Assembly (NCBI RefSeq): GCF_009914755.1
Contig: NC_060941.1
DNA length: 64,000 nt
Strand: one strand, 5' to 3'
Source of the DNA: the human T2T-CHM13v2.0 reference genome, Homo sapiens
The notes beneath the pieces were generated by a model that was not told the DNA's origin, ran no database searches, and worked only from the letters and a program-made list of their open reading frames with translations. This document shows positions 1 through 17,612 of the stretch, piece after piece. Position numbers and translations under genes: made by a program. The first letter of the stretch is position 1, and every line of letters begins with the position of its first letter.

Positions 1-390
1 GTAAAGTGGTGAAAGAACAGCTACTCCATAGACAGAGAAGGGCGTTCCCGAAACTAAGAGAAGGAACGTATCCACCCTAGGTACAATGCTTGTATACATG
101 GGGAGAGGTGCTCTGCTACAAGGGTTTGTGATAAAGAATTAACTTTAATTATTACATTTTGCAAGAATCCCTATTACTACCTTTAAAGCAAAATTAGGAA
201 CGCCTTTGTTCTCCAGATATCCAGCTATCTGGACGCTCGGGTCTCTTCAGTAAACATTAATTTGTTCCCTTAACCGTAAGCATCTGAAAGCTAGGAATAT
301 CCTTCTGAGAATGCAGGCCCGTAAGTCCCGGCCTCATTTTTCTAGCCCTCACTCAAAATGGGGTCGCTTCAGGTTCCAACGTCTCTGACA
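1..390 (-). mobile_element. MER41-family ERV1 LTR (cut by the window edge), near-identical to 3855-4240
   Basis: The reverse complement starts TGTCAGAGACGTTGGAACCTGAAGCGACCCCATTTTGAGT, resembling the MER41 5' end. A GAS-type TTCTGAGAA lies at 303-311. Confidence 0.7.
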
Positions 391-884
391 GTCATACTAC
401 ATATGACTCAGCCACGTCAATGGAAAAAGTAGACTGGATAGTGACGTACCCGCAGAAAACGAATACAACAATCTGTCATATAGATCTGACCGCAGTCAGA
501 TTCTGCAGTGAAGTAAAGCCGGTAAACTTGCATGCAACGATCTTCATACCGCATCCAACAAAGCCACGTAAATCCAAAAGCAGTGCGACTCTGGATAGTG
601 AAACACATGCGGGAAACTTGAATGGAAAGATGTTTATACTGCCTCGGATGGAGACACGTAAATGAAAAAACAGTCCCGCTTGGGATAGTAAAGTAGGGGC
701 GCTAAACTTAAATATAACGATCCGAATATCGCATCTGAGTGTGCCAAGTAATAGCAGAGACCAGTCAGAATACGGATACTGATGTGGGTGCGGTAACCTT
801 AAATCCAATGACGGTCACACCGCATTTGATTAAACCAAGTGAAACCTAAAGCAGCCACACTCTCCAAAGTACGCGCTGCTGACT
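391..884. repeat. Cassette 1 tail: degenerate ~90-bp tandem units, CpG-rich
   Basis: Recurrent (G)CAGTC..GATAGTGAA..GC..AAACTT.AAT..CACGTAAAT motifs. Homologous to 4241-4720 and 6588-6950. Confidence 0.75.
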
Positions 885-1069
885 TATACACAAGTGTGCT
901 AACAGGCCCCGAAGATCCGATGCAAACGCGTGGAGGTAACGAAAGAAGCTCCCATTCCACCTTGTCAGCAGACAGCGTTTAGAGATCTCCTTTGCTGATG
1001 TAACGCGAAATAACAGTAACTGATAGAGCAAGTTCCGCACTTAACCTGAGCCTAAACGACCAAGGCGCT
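885..1069 (-). pseudogene. Extremely diverged U2 snRNA-derived sequence (cassette 1 head)
   Basis: Minus-strand TGGAATGGGAGCTTCTTTCGTTACCTCCACGCGT matches U2 TGGAATAGGAGCTTGCTCCGTCCACTCCACGCAT at 26/34. The 5' part AGCGCC..TTAGGCTCAGGTTAAGTG..TATCAGTT is colinear with the U2 5' end. The span is ~185 nt, like U2. Confidence 0.7.
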
Positions 1070-1104
1070 GCCGGCATTAGCGTTCGTCCACGGCCCTCCT
1101 CCTC

Positions 1105-2190
1105 TTAGAGCCAAGTGTATTAATAGGTCCCGACAATCTGAGTGGAGATGACAAGAGGCTCCCATTCTATGAGTGGAGATAACAAGCTGATGACGAAACC
1201 CGGGTGCTCCCCTCATTGGCACCCAGCAGGCAGCACCGGCCCGCTCCCGGAGCCCTCCATCCTGCGCTTTCCCAAACCCCCATCAAAACACCAACCCAGT
1301 CTCCTCCCTCTCAAGCCATTTTCCAACCTGCCTGGGAGCCACTCTGATCTCCCAGAACACCTCATTTTGTGAATTATAAACCTTTTCACACCTTCTCGGT
1401 CCCTGTGTGATGTCACCAGTCTCGATTTCCAAAATAAATTTGGGGTCAGTGGTGGGGCTGGGGTCCATCTAGTTCTGCAGAGTGGGAACAGCACAGAAGC
1501 TACCGGACTTGCTGTGCGCATAGTCCAATTTGGGTGCAAAAGCCTCCCCACTGGACTGGGTGGCCTCTTATCAGTGACAAAACCAAGGGATTTGCTAGTC
1601 CCTCATTTACACACTGGTTACTGAGTGCCTCCCGTTGAGTTGAACACTTTTACTTCCGGGGAAAATTCGTTGTTCCAGACCAAGTTGACTACTGTCTTCA
1701 CTGGACATTCTAAGAGGTGCTTTTGGTCCCAGGGAAATACCCCGGAAGCTGTGAAGTACAACAGCCTTAGGCCCTGTCCCAAATATTCTAATTTAATGGC
1801 TGTACGGTGGGGCTAGGACCTCAGGATGATTCACTCCACCGAGGTATCCGGTCGTCCTGAAGTATAGCCAAGGTTGAGAAGCACCGATAGACACGGAAGA
1901 ATTTTCACTCCCCTTCAGCAAAGACCTTTGTAGGTATGACCTCCTTTGGCTGTCATTGTTCAGAATGGTGGGGGGTCTGGCAAGAGCGAGTCTTAGGGCT
2001 GAGACTAAACCCAATTTATAGGATTTAAGTCCTCTAGATGGGAGGTGGGACAACTGGGACTGCTCACTTGTTCACATGTACATCGGCCTGGTGTATTTCC
2101 ACCAGAAACTGTTCCTCATTATACTGTCTGCCTGGGCCGATCCCTCCTGTCATAAGTTGACACAAGTAAATTGCAAAGTCCTAATCACCT
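1105..2190 (-). mobile_element. Probable ERV internal (env SU-like) remnant replacing the cassette 1 promoter
   Basis: Broken minus-strand frames contain gammaretroviral SU-like pieces (DFAIYLCQLM; NPLVLSL..W..GL). It starts abruptly after the promoter-proximal remnant at 1084-1104. Confidence 0.4.
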
Positions 2191-2194
2191 AATT

Positions 2195-2971
<777 letters not shown>

Positions 2972-3741
2972 TAGCTACAAAGGAGTTTTTTTAGTGTGCA
3001 AAACCAAACAAAACAGCAAGGAGAAAAGTCCCCTGATTTCCACCCTAGTGCTTCTCAATCACACTCAGCATAGCAGCAACAAAACACAACCACATCTATC
3101 GAATCTTATTGCTCACGGCTGTTAAATATCAAATCTCAATCAGCAATTTTAGAGACGGATCCTCCAATGCTTTTGGTTCCCAGTGTTTCACAAGCAAACG
3201 GACAGAAATCGGGAGGGACATAGGAGAAGAATCAGTTAAAATCTCTAAGACCAGTTAAATGAAGTCTCCTGAAAATGACACTGAAACGGAGACAGCAACC
3301 AAGACAAGGAGGACGAGGCAGATTAATACAAAGAGCAGAGCCTGCGGTGTCAAACCTGTTTTTTAGCCGAGAGGGACTTTACTGAGAGGGGCCTCTAACC
3401 CCCTAAATCTTAGAAGGGACTCTAACCCTCCTCGATCCGGCCTCTAACCCGAGGTCGGTCAAGCGTCCTTGCCTTTTATTAAGAGGGGCCTCTAACCCAC
3501 TCTCTTTTAGGAAAGACTCTAACTCCATTAAGTTGGGCCTCTAACCCAATCCCATTCTTTACCCGGGCACTCCACCACTTACCCAAAGTCAGTCTACTGA
3601 CTACTGCAGTGCTGCAGTCTACTTCCTTTGGGTTGGGGGAGTTTCTTCAGTATCGTCCCTTCCATCATTCGCCAGAAATATGTTATAGGACCCCAACACT
3701 TCCCCAAAGCACTATAGTCCCATCTGTGGTGGCCAGAAATA
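2972..3741 (-). mobile_element. ERV1 (MER4/MER41-group) internal leader adjoining the LTR
   Basis: Abuts the 3' end of the LTR, contains CCTCTAACCC reiterations and PBS-like TGGC starts on the minus strand. Confidence 0.5.
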
Positions 3742-4240
3742 CGTCACAGGAAAAGGGCCCCGATCCAGACCCAAAGAGAGGGTTCTTGGGTCTCGCGCAA
3801 GAAATAACTCAGGGCGAGTCCACGGTGCAAAATAAAAGCAAGTTTATTAAGAAAGTAAAGTGGTGAAAGAACAGCTACTCCACAGACAGAGAAGGGCGTT
3901 CCTGAAACTAAGAGAAGGAACGTATCCACCCTAGGTACAATGCTTGTACACATGGGGAGAGGTGCTCTGCTACAAGGGTTTGTGATAATTAACTTTAATT
4001 ATTACATTTTGCAAGAATCCCTATTACTACCTTTAAAGCAAAATTAGGAACGCCTTTGTTCTCCAGATATCCAGCTATCTGGACACTCGGGTCTCTTCAG
4101 TAAACATTAATTTGTTCCCTTAACCGTAAGTATCTGAAAGCTAGGAATATCCTTCTGAGAATGCAGGCCCATAAGTCCCGGCCTCATTTTTCTAGCCCTC
4201 ACTCAAAATGGGGTCGCTTCAGGTTCCAACGTCTCTGACA
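3742..4240 (-). mobile_element. MER41-family LTR, full length
   Basis: The + strand runs from CGTCACAGGAAAAGGGCCCCGATCCAGACCCAAAGAGAGGGTTCTTGG to GTCTCTGACA. GAS-type TTCTGAGAA at 4153-4161. Confidence 0.75.
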
Positions 4241-5134
4241 GTCATACTACATATGACTCAGCCACGTCAATGGAAAAAGTAGACTGGATAGTGACGTACC
4301 CGCAGAAAACGAATGCAACAATCTGTCATACAGATCTGACGGCAGTCAGATTCTGCAGTGAAGTAGAGGCGGTAAACTTGAATGCAACGATCTTCATACC
4401 GCATCCCACAAAGCCACGTAAATCCAAAAGCAGTCCGACTCTCGATAGTGAAACACATGCGGTAAACTTGAATGGAAAGATGTTTATACTGCCTCGGATA
4501 GAGACACGTAAATGAAAAAGCAGTCCCACTTGGGATAGTGAAGTATGGGCGCTCAACTTAAATAGGACCGTCCGCATATCGTATGTGAGTGAAGCAAGTA
4601 ATAGCAAAGGGCAGTCAGATTACGGAGACCGATGGCGACTGAAGTGAGTGCAGTGATCGTCACGCCGCAACCAAGTGAAACCGAAAGCAACTAAGCGCTC
4701 GAAAGCACGCCCGGCCAGCTCAAAAACTACGGCGCTGATGGACCCCAGTGATCCGACGTAAAGGTGCAAACGTAAAGCGCACACGGCCAATTTAAAAGCA
4801 GCGGCGCTTATAGGCCCGGACGAACCGACGTGAACGCGTAGAAGTAAGGTACGCGCGATGAGCTTAAATATGCGAGTACTAAGAGACCGTGAAACCCGGA
4901 TTTAAGCGTGTAAACGCAACACACAACCTAGGAGGTCAGTAACAACGGTCCCAACTGATGCAAACGGCCCAATGCAAACACGTTGAGAATCTCCCGTTAG
5001 CGACAGTAACACACGCTAAGCAACCAATACGAACAAAACTCCCGCTTCGAAAACTGCACCTCGGAATCCTTCCAGCAATCAAGGGCCAGCAACAGCACAA
5101 ACCTTCCACGGTATCAACGCCGCTTTCAAAATGA
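4241..5134 (-). ncRNA. Cassette 2: putative ~0.9-kb snRNA-promoter-driven ncRNA built of ~70-bp and ~90-bp degenerate tandem units
   Basis: Lies directly downstream of a PSE and DSE at canonical spacing. Unit starts: GCAGTC at 4342, 4430, 4520, 4611 and CGGCGCT-like at 4730, 4802, 4873. Transcription is inferred, not shown. Confidence 0.5.
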
Positions 5135-5362
5135 AAACGTTAACGATCGGCCACTGTACTCCTTCTCCCACACATCCTAACCTCAGGGTGACAGATAGCA
5201 CCCTGAATAACTCTCTCTCCTACGTTGAGATTGTGTATCTTTATCCAAATCTGAACACCTGCGTAAGTAATATTGTTACTATTTTGGAGGATATTCACTT
5301 TCCTTTTTTGCTCCCATAACTCCCGAGAGAAGCAGCCATTTTAAATTTGCATGCCCCGCCCC
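5135..5362 (-). promoter_or_regulatory. Pol II snRNA-type promoter: PSE 5171-5192, octamer 5345-5352, GC box 5354-5362
   Basis: The minus strand reads GGGGCGGGGCATGCAAAT (as in the U2 DSE), then AAAATGGCTGC (YY1-like), and ~160 bp later GTCACCCTGAGGTTAGGATGTG. No TATA box. Homologous to 11871-12107. Confidence 0.8.
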
Positions 5363-5504
5363 AGACGCGCCGTGCCCTGCCTGCCAACCACTGAACAGAA
5401 AAGCGCCTGTAAATCACTGGAATCTTGGGAAAGCTCCTTCGGCTTCATTGCCCTTCAGGAGGAAAAACCCACAACGGAAAAGACACGAAGAGCTCTAGGA
5501 GGCT

Positions 5505-5605
5505 CTTCTTTCCTCCTCCTCCCCCTCCCCTTCCCCTCCCCTCTCCCTCCGCCTCCCTTCCCCTCCGCATCCCCTCCCCCTCCCTTCCCCCTCCCCCTCC
5601 CCATC
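5505..5605. repeat. C/T-rich low-complexity tract
   Basis: Runs of CCCCT/CCCT. Confidence 0.9.
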
Positions 5606-5703
5606 TCGTCCTGACCTAGCTGGCATCCAACATTACTTTAAACTTTTTTTCACACATACGTTGAAAGAATTGTTTGGTGAACACCCGTATGCCCATCACC
5701 TAA

Positions 5704-6052
<349 letters not shown>

Positions 6053-6239
6053 CAATTACATATTTTGTATAGCTGCACACATGGAGACAGGTACTCAGGT
6101 CTCGTCCCTCTAGCCATTTCTCAACTGTCTGGTCCGGCAAGGGCAAGTTTTCGAGGAGGCCAGGGTGCAGCCCTCAGGGGAGCACATGCTCTGACTGGTT
6201 GCAGGGCTGGGCGGAACCTTGGGAAAGGGGCCCCTGTAA

Positions 6240-6548
<309 letters not shown>

Positions 6549-6587
6549 TGAGGTACCGCACCCAGCCCCACATTACTATCTTCAAAG

Positions 6588-9035
<2,448 letters not shown>

Positions 9036-9039
9036 TGGC

Positions 9040-10880
9040 CGTTTTCTCTAGTTTCTTTAAATTTCCTCAAAATGGCTATTTTGAATTCTCTGTCTGAAAT
9101 GTCACGTCTCAGTTCCTCTGGAATTGAACAAATGTGGTTTGGTGAGACCATGTTTTCTTGGATGGTCTTGATGTTTGTGGATGTTTGTTTTGTCTGCGTA
9201 TGGAAGAATTAGGTATTTACTGTATTTTTCACAGTCTGGGCTTGTTTCTGTGTGTCTTTCTTGGGAAGGCTTTCTGGGTATTCCAGGATATGTGTGCCCC
9301 AAGTCCAATCATGCTGTGATTCTTACAGACTTGTAGAGGTACTACCCTGGTGGTTATTGGGGGAAATTCAGCCAGCTATCAGGCAAAATTCACCCCTGAT
9401 ATTTTACGTAGTTCTTTTCTATTTTCCCGAAGTGTCGGCCAGTCTGAGAAATAAAGGGACAGAGTACAAAAGAGATAAATTTTAAAGCTGGGTGTCTGGG
9501 GGAGACATCACATGTTGGCAGGTTCCGTGATGCCCCCTGAGCCATAAAACCAGCAAGTTTTTATTAGTGATTTTCAAAAGGGGAGGGAGTGTACGAACAG
9601 GGTGTGGGTCACAGAGATCATGTGCTTCACAAGGTAATAGAATATCACAAGGCAAATGGAGGCAGGGCAAGATCACAGGACCACAGGACTGGGGCAAAAT
9701 TAAAATTGCTAAGGAAGTTTCAGGCACACATTGTCATTGATAACATCTTATCAGGAGACAGGGTTTGAGAGCAGACAACTGGTCTGACCAAAATTTATTC
9801 GGCGGGAATTTCCTCGTCCTAATAAGCCTGGGAGCGCTATGGGAGACTGGGGCTTATTTCATCCCTACAGCTTCGACCATAAAAGATGGCCGCCCCCCGA
9901 AGCAGCCATTTTAGAGGCCTACCCTCAGGGACGCATTCTCTTTCTCAGGGATGTTCCTTGCTGAGAAAAAGAATTCAGCAATATTTTCCCATTTGCTTTT
10001 GAAAGAAGAGAAATATGGCTCTGTTCTGCCCAGCTCACCGGTGGTCAGAGTTTAAGGTTATCTCTCTTGTTCCCTGAACATTGCTGTTATCCTGTTCTTT
10101 TTTCAAGGCGCCCAGAATTCATGTTGTTCAAATACACATGCTCTACAATTTGTGCAATTTACACAATCATCACAGGGTCCTGAGGTGACATACATCCTCC
10201 TCAGCTTACGAAGATGACGGGATTAAGAGATTAAAGTAAAGACAGGCATAGGAAATCACAAGGGTATTGACTGGGGAAGTGATAAGCGTCCATGAAATCT
10301 TCACAATTTATGTTCAGAGATTGCAGTAAAGACAGGCGTAAGAAATTATAAAAGTATTAATTTGGGGAACTAATAAATGTCCATGAAATCTTCACAATTT
10401 ATATTCTTCTGCCATGGCTTCAGCCGGTCCCTCCATTCAGGGTCCCCAGCTTCCCGCAACAGTGGTCTTGGATGAGATCTGAAAGAATCCTCTGGATTAC
10501 CAGGCAGAGACTCTTGTTCTTTTCCCTTACTTTCTCCTAAATAAATGGAGTCTCTCTCTGTGCTGAGATGCCTAAGCAACCCTGTGCTGGTTCAGACCCA
10601 AACCCAGCACAGCACCAGGTCTCACTCAAAGGCCTGCTAGATCCACTACCTGCTACCACCTATGCCCCCTCAAAGCAGTAGAGCTCTAGGATCAGGTGGC
10701 CAAGCCAGCCAGGATTATGTCCCTCCCTTTAGGGCAGTGAGCTCCCTCAAGCCCTGGGTGGGTGCTGGAATGCTGTCTAGGAGCCAAGGTTTGGAGTCAA
10801 GACCTTAGAAATGTAACTGATGTTTTATTCTACTGCAGTTAAGCTCCTAGGGAAACCACAAGAAAAAAGTTCTCCCCACT
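9040..10880 (-). mobile_element. Old L1 5'/ORF1 region interrupted by MER11
   Basis: Minus-strand translation ISDREFKIAILRKFKE is L1 ORF1-like. The sequence resumes after the LTR. Confidence 0.7.
9355..10461 (-). mobile_element. MER11 (HERV-K11) solo LTR
   Basis: The reverse complement begins TGTTGCGGGAAGCTGGGGACCCTGAATGGAGGGACCGGCTGAAGCCATGGC. Flanked by the TSD GTGGT. Confidence 0.85.
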
Positions 10881-11664
10881 CTTGGCTAACTGCAAGATGC
10901 CTCCGATGAGGCCTCCTACCCAAACCTTTCTTATTCGCAGGGACCAGGCTTTCTTACTCGCAGGGACCAGGCTTCAGCTCCCTGACTAAGAAGTCAAATA
11001 AAGGTCGGGCGCGGTGGCTCAGGCCTGTAACCCTAGCATTTTGGGAGGCCAAGGCGGGCTGATCACTTGAGTTCAGGAGACAAACCTGGCCGACATGGTG
11101 AAACTCCCTCTCTCCTAAAAATACAAAAATTAGCCAGCCATGGTAGCGAACGCCTGTAGTCCCAGCTACTCGGGAGGCTGGGGCGGGAGGATCGCTTGAA
11201 TCCGAGAGGCAGAGGTTGCAGTGAGCCGACATGAGGCCACTTCACTCCAGCCTAGGCAACAGAGTGAGACTCGGTATCAAAAAAAACAAAAAAGAAAAAA
11301 TGTGAGCAGTTGGGAAGCAATAATATGAAAAATGAGAGCAAAAGTAACTGCAACATTGGGGAAGACTAAACAACGTCGCTTCTGGCGTTGGCTTATGGAT
11401 GACCACCCCGCTTTCTTCACGTTTTAACTGTCTGGAGTCCAGAAATTAGCAATGCACCTCCTTGGCATATCAGGATGCCAACAAGCACCCTTGTCCCCAG
11501 TTTCAGGACTCGGCGGCGTACTTTCCCAATACGCATTCCCTTATTCTCAATCCGGTTAAAAGCAAAGAAGTAATACCACCCACCAATACTTTCCTTATAC
11601 AACACAAAAACACACACACACATACACAACACCACATAATGAAACCAACGCGAATGTAAGTAAA

Positions 11665-11681
11665 TCTGTTCTTTGTAAAAC
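11665..11681 (-). terminator. snRNA 3' box
   Basis: Minus-strand GTTTTACAAAGAACAGA just past the U2-like 3' end fits GTTT-N-AAARNNAGA. Confidence 0.7.
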
Positions 11682-11685
11682 GTGT

Positions 11686-11870
11686 TTTGACCCTCTTTGG
11701 AAACACGGCAATACCAAGTCGATGCGCAGAGTGGAAAAAACCAGCTCCTATTTCATCTTTCTATTCCAAAACCCCACTTAAATATATCGTCCTCAGACCA
11801 AAAAAAATCAGTTATTCAACTGATAAAAACATGCTACATTGGATCTTAGTCAAAAAGCCAAAAAAGAAAC
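11686..11870 (-). pseudogene. Diverged full-length U2-like snRNA gene or pseudogene
   Basis: Minus strand TTGGCTTTTTGACTAAGATCCAATGTAGCA..TATCAGTTGAATAACTGAT..GAGGACGATATATT..AGATGAAATAGGAGCT..GCATCGACTTGGTATTGC is colinear with U2. The branch-point recognition and Sm sites are altered. Confidence 0.88.
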
Positions 11871-12107
11871 AACACGTTTCTTTCGGCCACAGCACTCCTT
11901 CTCCCACTCATCCTGAGGTCACGGTAAGAAAAATGATCCTCAAGTAAAGAAGCACTCTCTTCCCTAAGTTCACACAGTGTTCCTTGTTACAATTTGTAAC
12001 ATTGCATAAGTAATACTGTTACAAATTTGGGGGGGATATTCGCTTTCTCTTTTTGTTCCCATAGCTCCTGAGCGAAACAGCCATTTTATATTTGCATGCC
12101 CCGCCCC
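11871..12107 (-). promoter_or_regulatory. Pol II snRNA-type promoter: PSE about 11907-11928, octamer 12090-12097, GC box 12099-12107
   Basis: CTTACCGTGACCTCAGGATGAG at about -58 and GGGGCGGGGCATGCAAAT at about -225. Confidence 0.85.
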
Positions 12108-12539
12108 ACAGGCTCCGAGCTCCGTCCTCCCCGCAGGCTGGCCCTATTACCACCATCTAACATCATCTTGCTGGACTTGCTTTATGTATTTATTTAAGAC
12201 GGATTCTCGCACTGTTGCCCGGGCTGGAGTGCAGTGCCGCCATCTCGGCTCCGCTTCCCGGGTTCACGCAATTCTCCTGCCTCAGCCTCCCGAGTAGCTG
12301 GGATTACAGGCGTACACCAGCACATTAGGCTAAATTTTTGTATTTTTAGTAGAGACTGGGTTTCACTATGTTGGCCAGACTGGTCTGGAACTCCTGACCT
12401 CGTGATCCGCCCGCCTTGGCCTCCCAAAGTGCTGGGATTACAGGCGTGAGCCACCGTGCCCGGTCTGGACTTACTTTATTATATGTTATAGACATGTAAT
12501 TACATATTTTGTATAGTTGACCACACAGAAACAGGCACT

Positions 12540-13050
12540 TAGGTCTCCGTCCCTCTAGCCATTTCTCAACCGTCTCGACCGGCGAGTTTTCGTTGAGGCG
12601 AGGGAGCGCTCGCTCCCACAGGTTCGAGGGCTGGGCGGAGCCTTGGGAAACGGGCCCTGGTAATCTCCGCTCAGTGAGTGGCGCTGCGAAGCTGCTTCTG
12701 CCCGGGAAGGAGGAGAGGGGCCTGGAACCGCCGAGGGAACCACCAGTTCCGACGCCCTGGGGTGGGCCCGGAGGACCGAGTGGCTGGGGCGGCACGGGGC
12801 GGGGGGCTGGGCGGGAGGAGCGGGGGTCCAGGAGGTGACCCAGGAGGGGGTAGGATCGGGCTGGGCCTCGTGGGCTCCCTGCCCCCGGAGGGGGCGCGCA
12901 GAGGGAGGGCGGTAGCCCAGTGAGCGCGACCACTACTTCCCTGTGAACGCGAGAGCTCAGACAAGCCACAGGGGGCCAGAGCCGAGAAACCGGAAGACCG
13001 GCGAGGAGACCATAGCACACTCCCAGGAAAGAGAGCGCGAGGGCTTGGGC
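12540..13050. promoter_or_regulatory. CpG island upstream of the U2-like gene
   Basis: High GC and CpG content, GC boxes, and an ETS-like ACTTCC. Confidence 0.65.
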
Positions 13051-13199
13051 CAGGATGGGGGCAGTGCGGGGGCTGAGGAGTGGCCAGATTCTGGGTGTAC
13101 TTTGAAAGCAGAGCTGATGGCCTTTGCGGACAGTTGGGATGAGGGGTGAGAGAAAGGAGTGGAGGGTGACTCCAAGGGTTTGGCCAGAGCGACTGCCAC

Positions 13200-14840
<1,641 letters not shown>

Positions 14841-15534
14841 CTATAGAGTGAAGTGGGGTCAGGGTAGGGTTTATTTTATTTACTTATTTTTAGGGTTTGT
14901 TTTAAAGTGGAAACAATAACAGCACTTTTACATGCTGGAGGTGGGCAGGGGGTGGGGGCTGGAAGAGAATACAACCCAGAGAATATGAAGGATGCAGGAG
15001 AGAGAGAGGGAGAGTTACCAGAGGTAAGGAGGGATGGATGGGTTCCTGTGCCCAAGTGGCAGGTGGGCCTTTGCCAGGAGCACGGATGGCTCATCCACAG
15101 CACCAGAGGGGAAGGTAGAGGTGGTGGTTACACGTGGAGGAGGTGGGTGGATGTGTCCTGGGAACTCACGGAAGTTTCCTCTGATTGTTTCTATTCCCCT
15201 GGGGACATAGAAAGCAAGGTAGTCAGCTGAGGTTCTTTGGAGGTTGAAGAAGAAAGTGAGAATCAGCTGTCTGGAAAATGTAAGATCTATACATTAGGGA
15301 AACAGGATGATTTCACTTCTCAACACTAAGAGGCTCACCTGAGTCAGTGATTGCAAAGTTAACCCCCACTATACCACCAGGGTCCCTTGGACCCAAAGTT
15401 ATAGCTGACTAATCCATTCTTCTTCCCACCCCGAGCCCCCATTCATTTCCGTTTCTTTTTGGAGCAATTCTAGATGTACATACTGATATTTCATGACCTT
15501 TGTTCTTTTACAGGTCTTCCAATGAAATAAATAA

Positions 15535-17612
<2,078 letters not shown>

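Noticed and set aside
420-665. 81-aa ATG ORF, also open at 4270-4515
   Set aside because: It is explained by recent duplication of a tandem repeat, has no recognisable domain, and is antisense to the snRNA-type promoter.
4255-4990. CRISPR-like repeat/spacer appearance
   Set aside because: The whole units are homologous and degenerate, there are no constant repeats with unique spacers, there are no cas genes, and the context is primate DNA.
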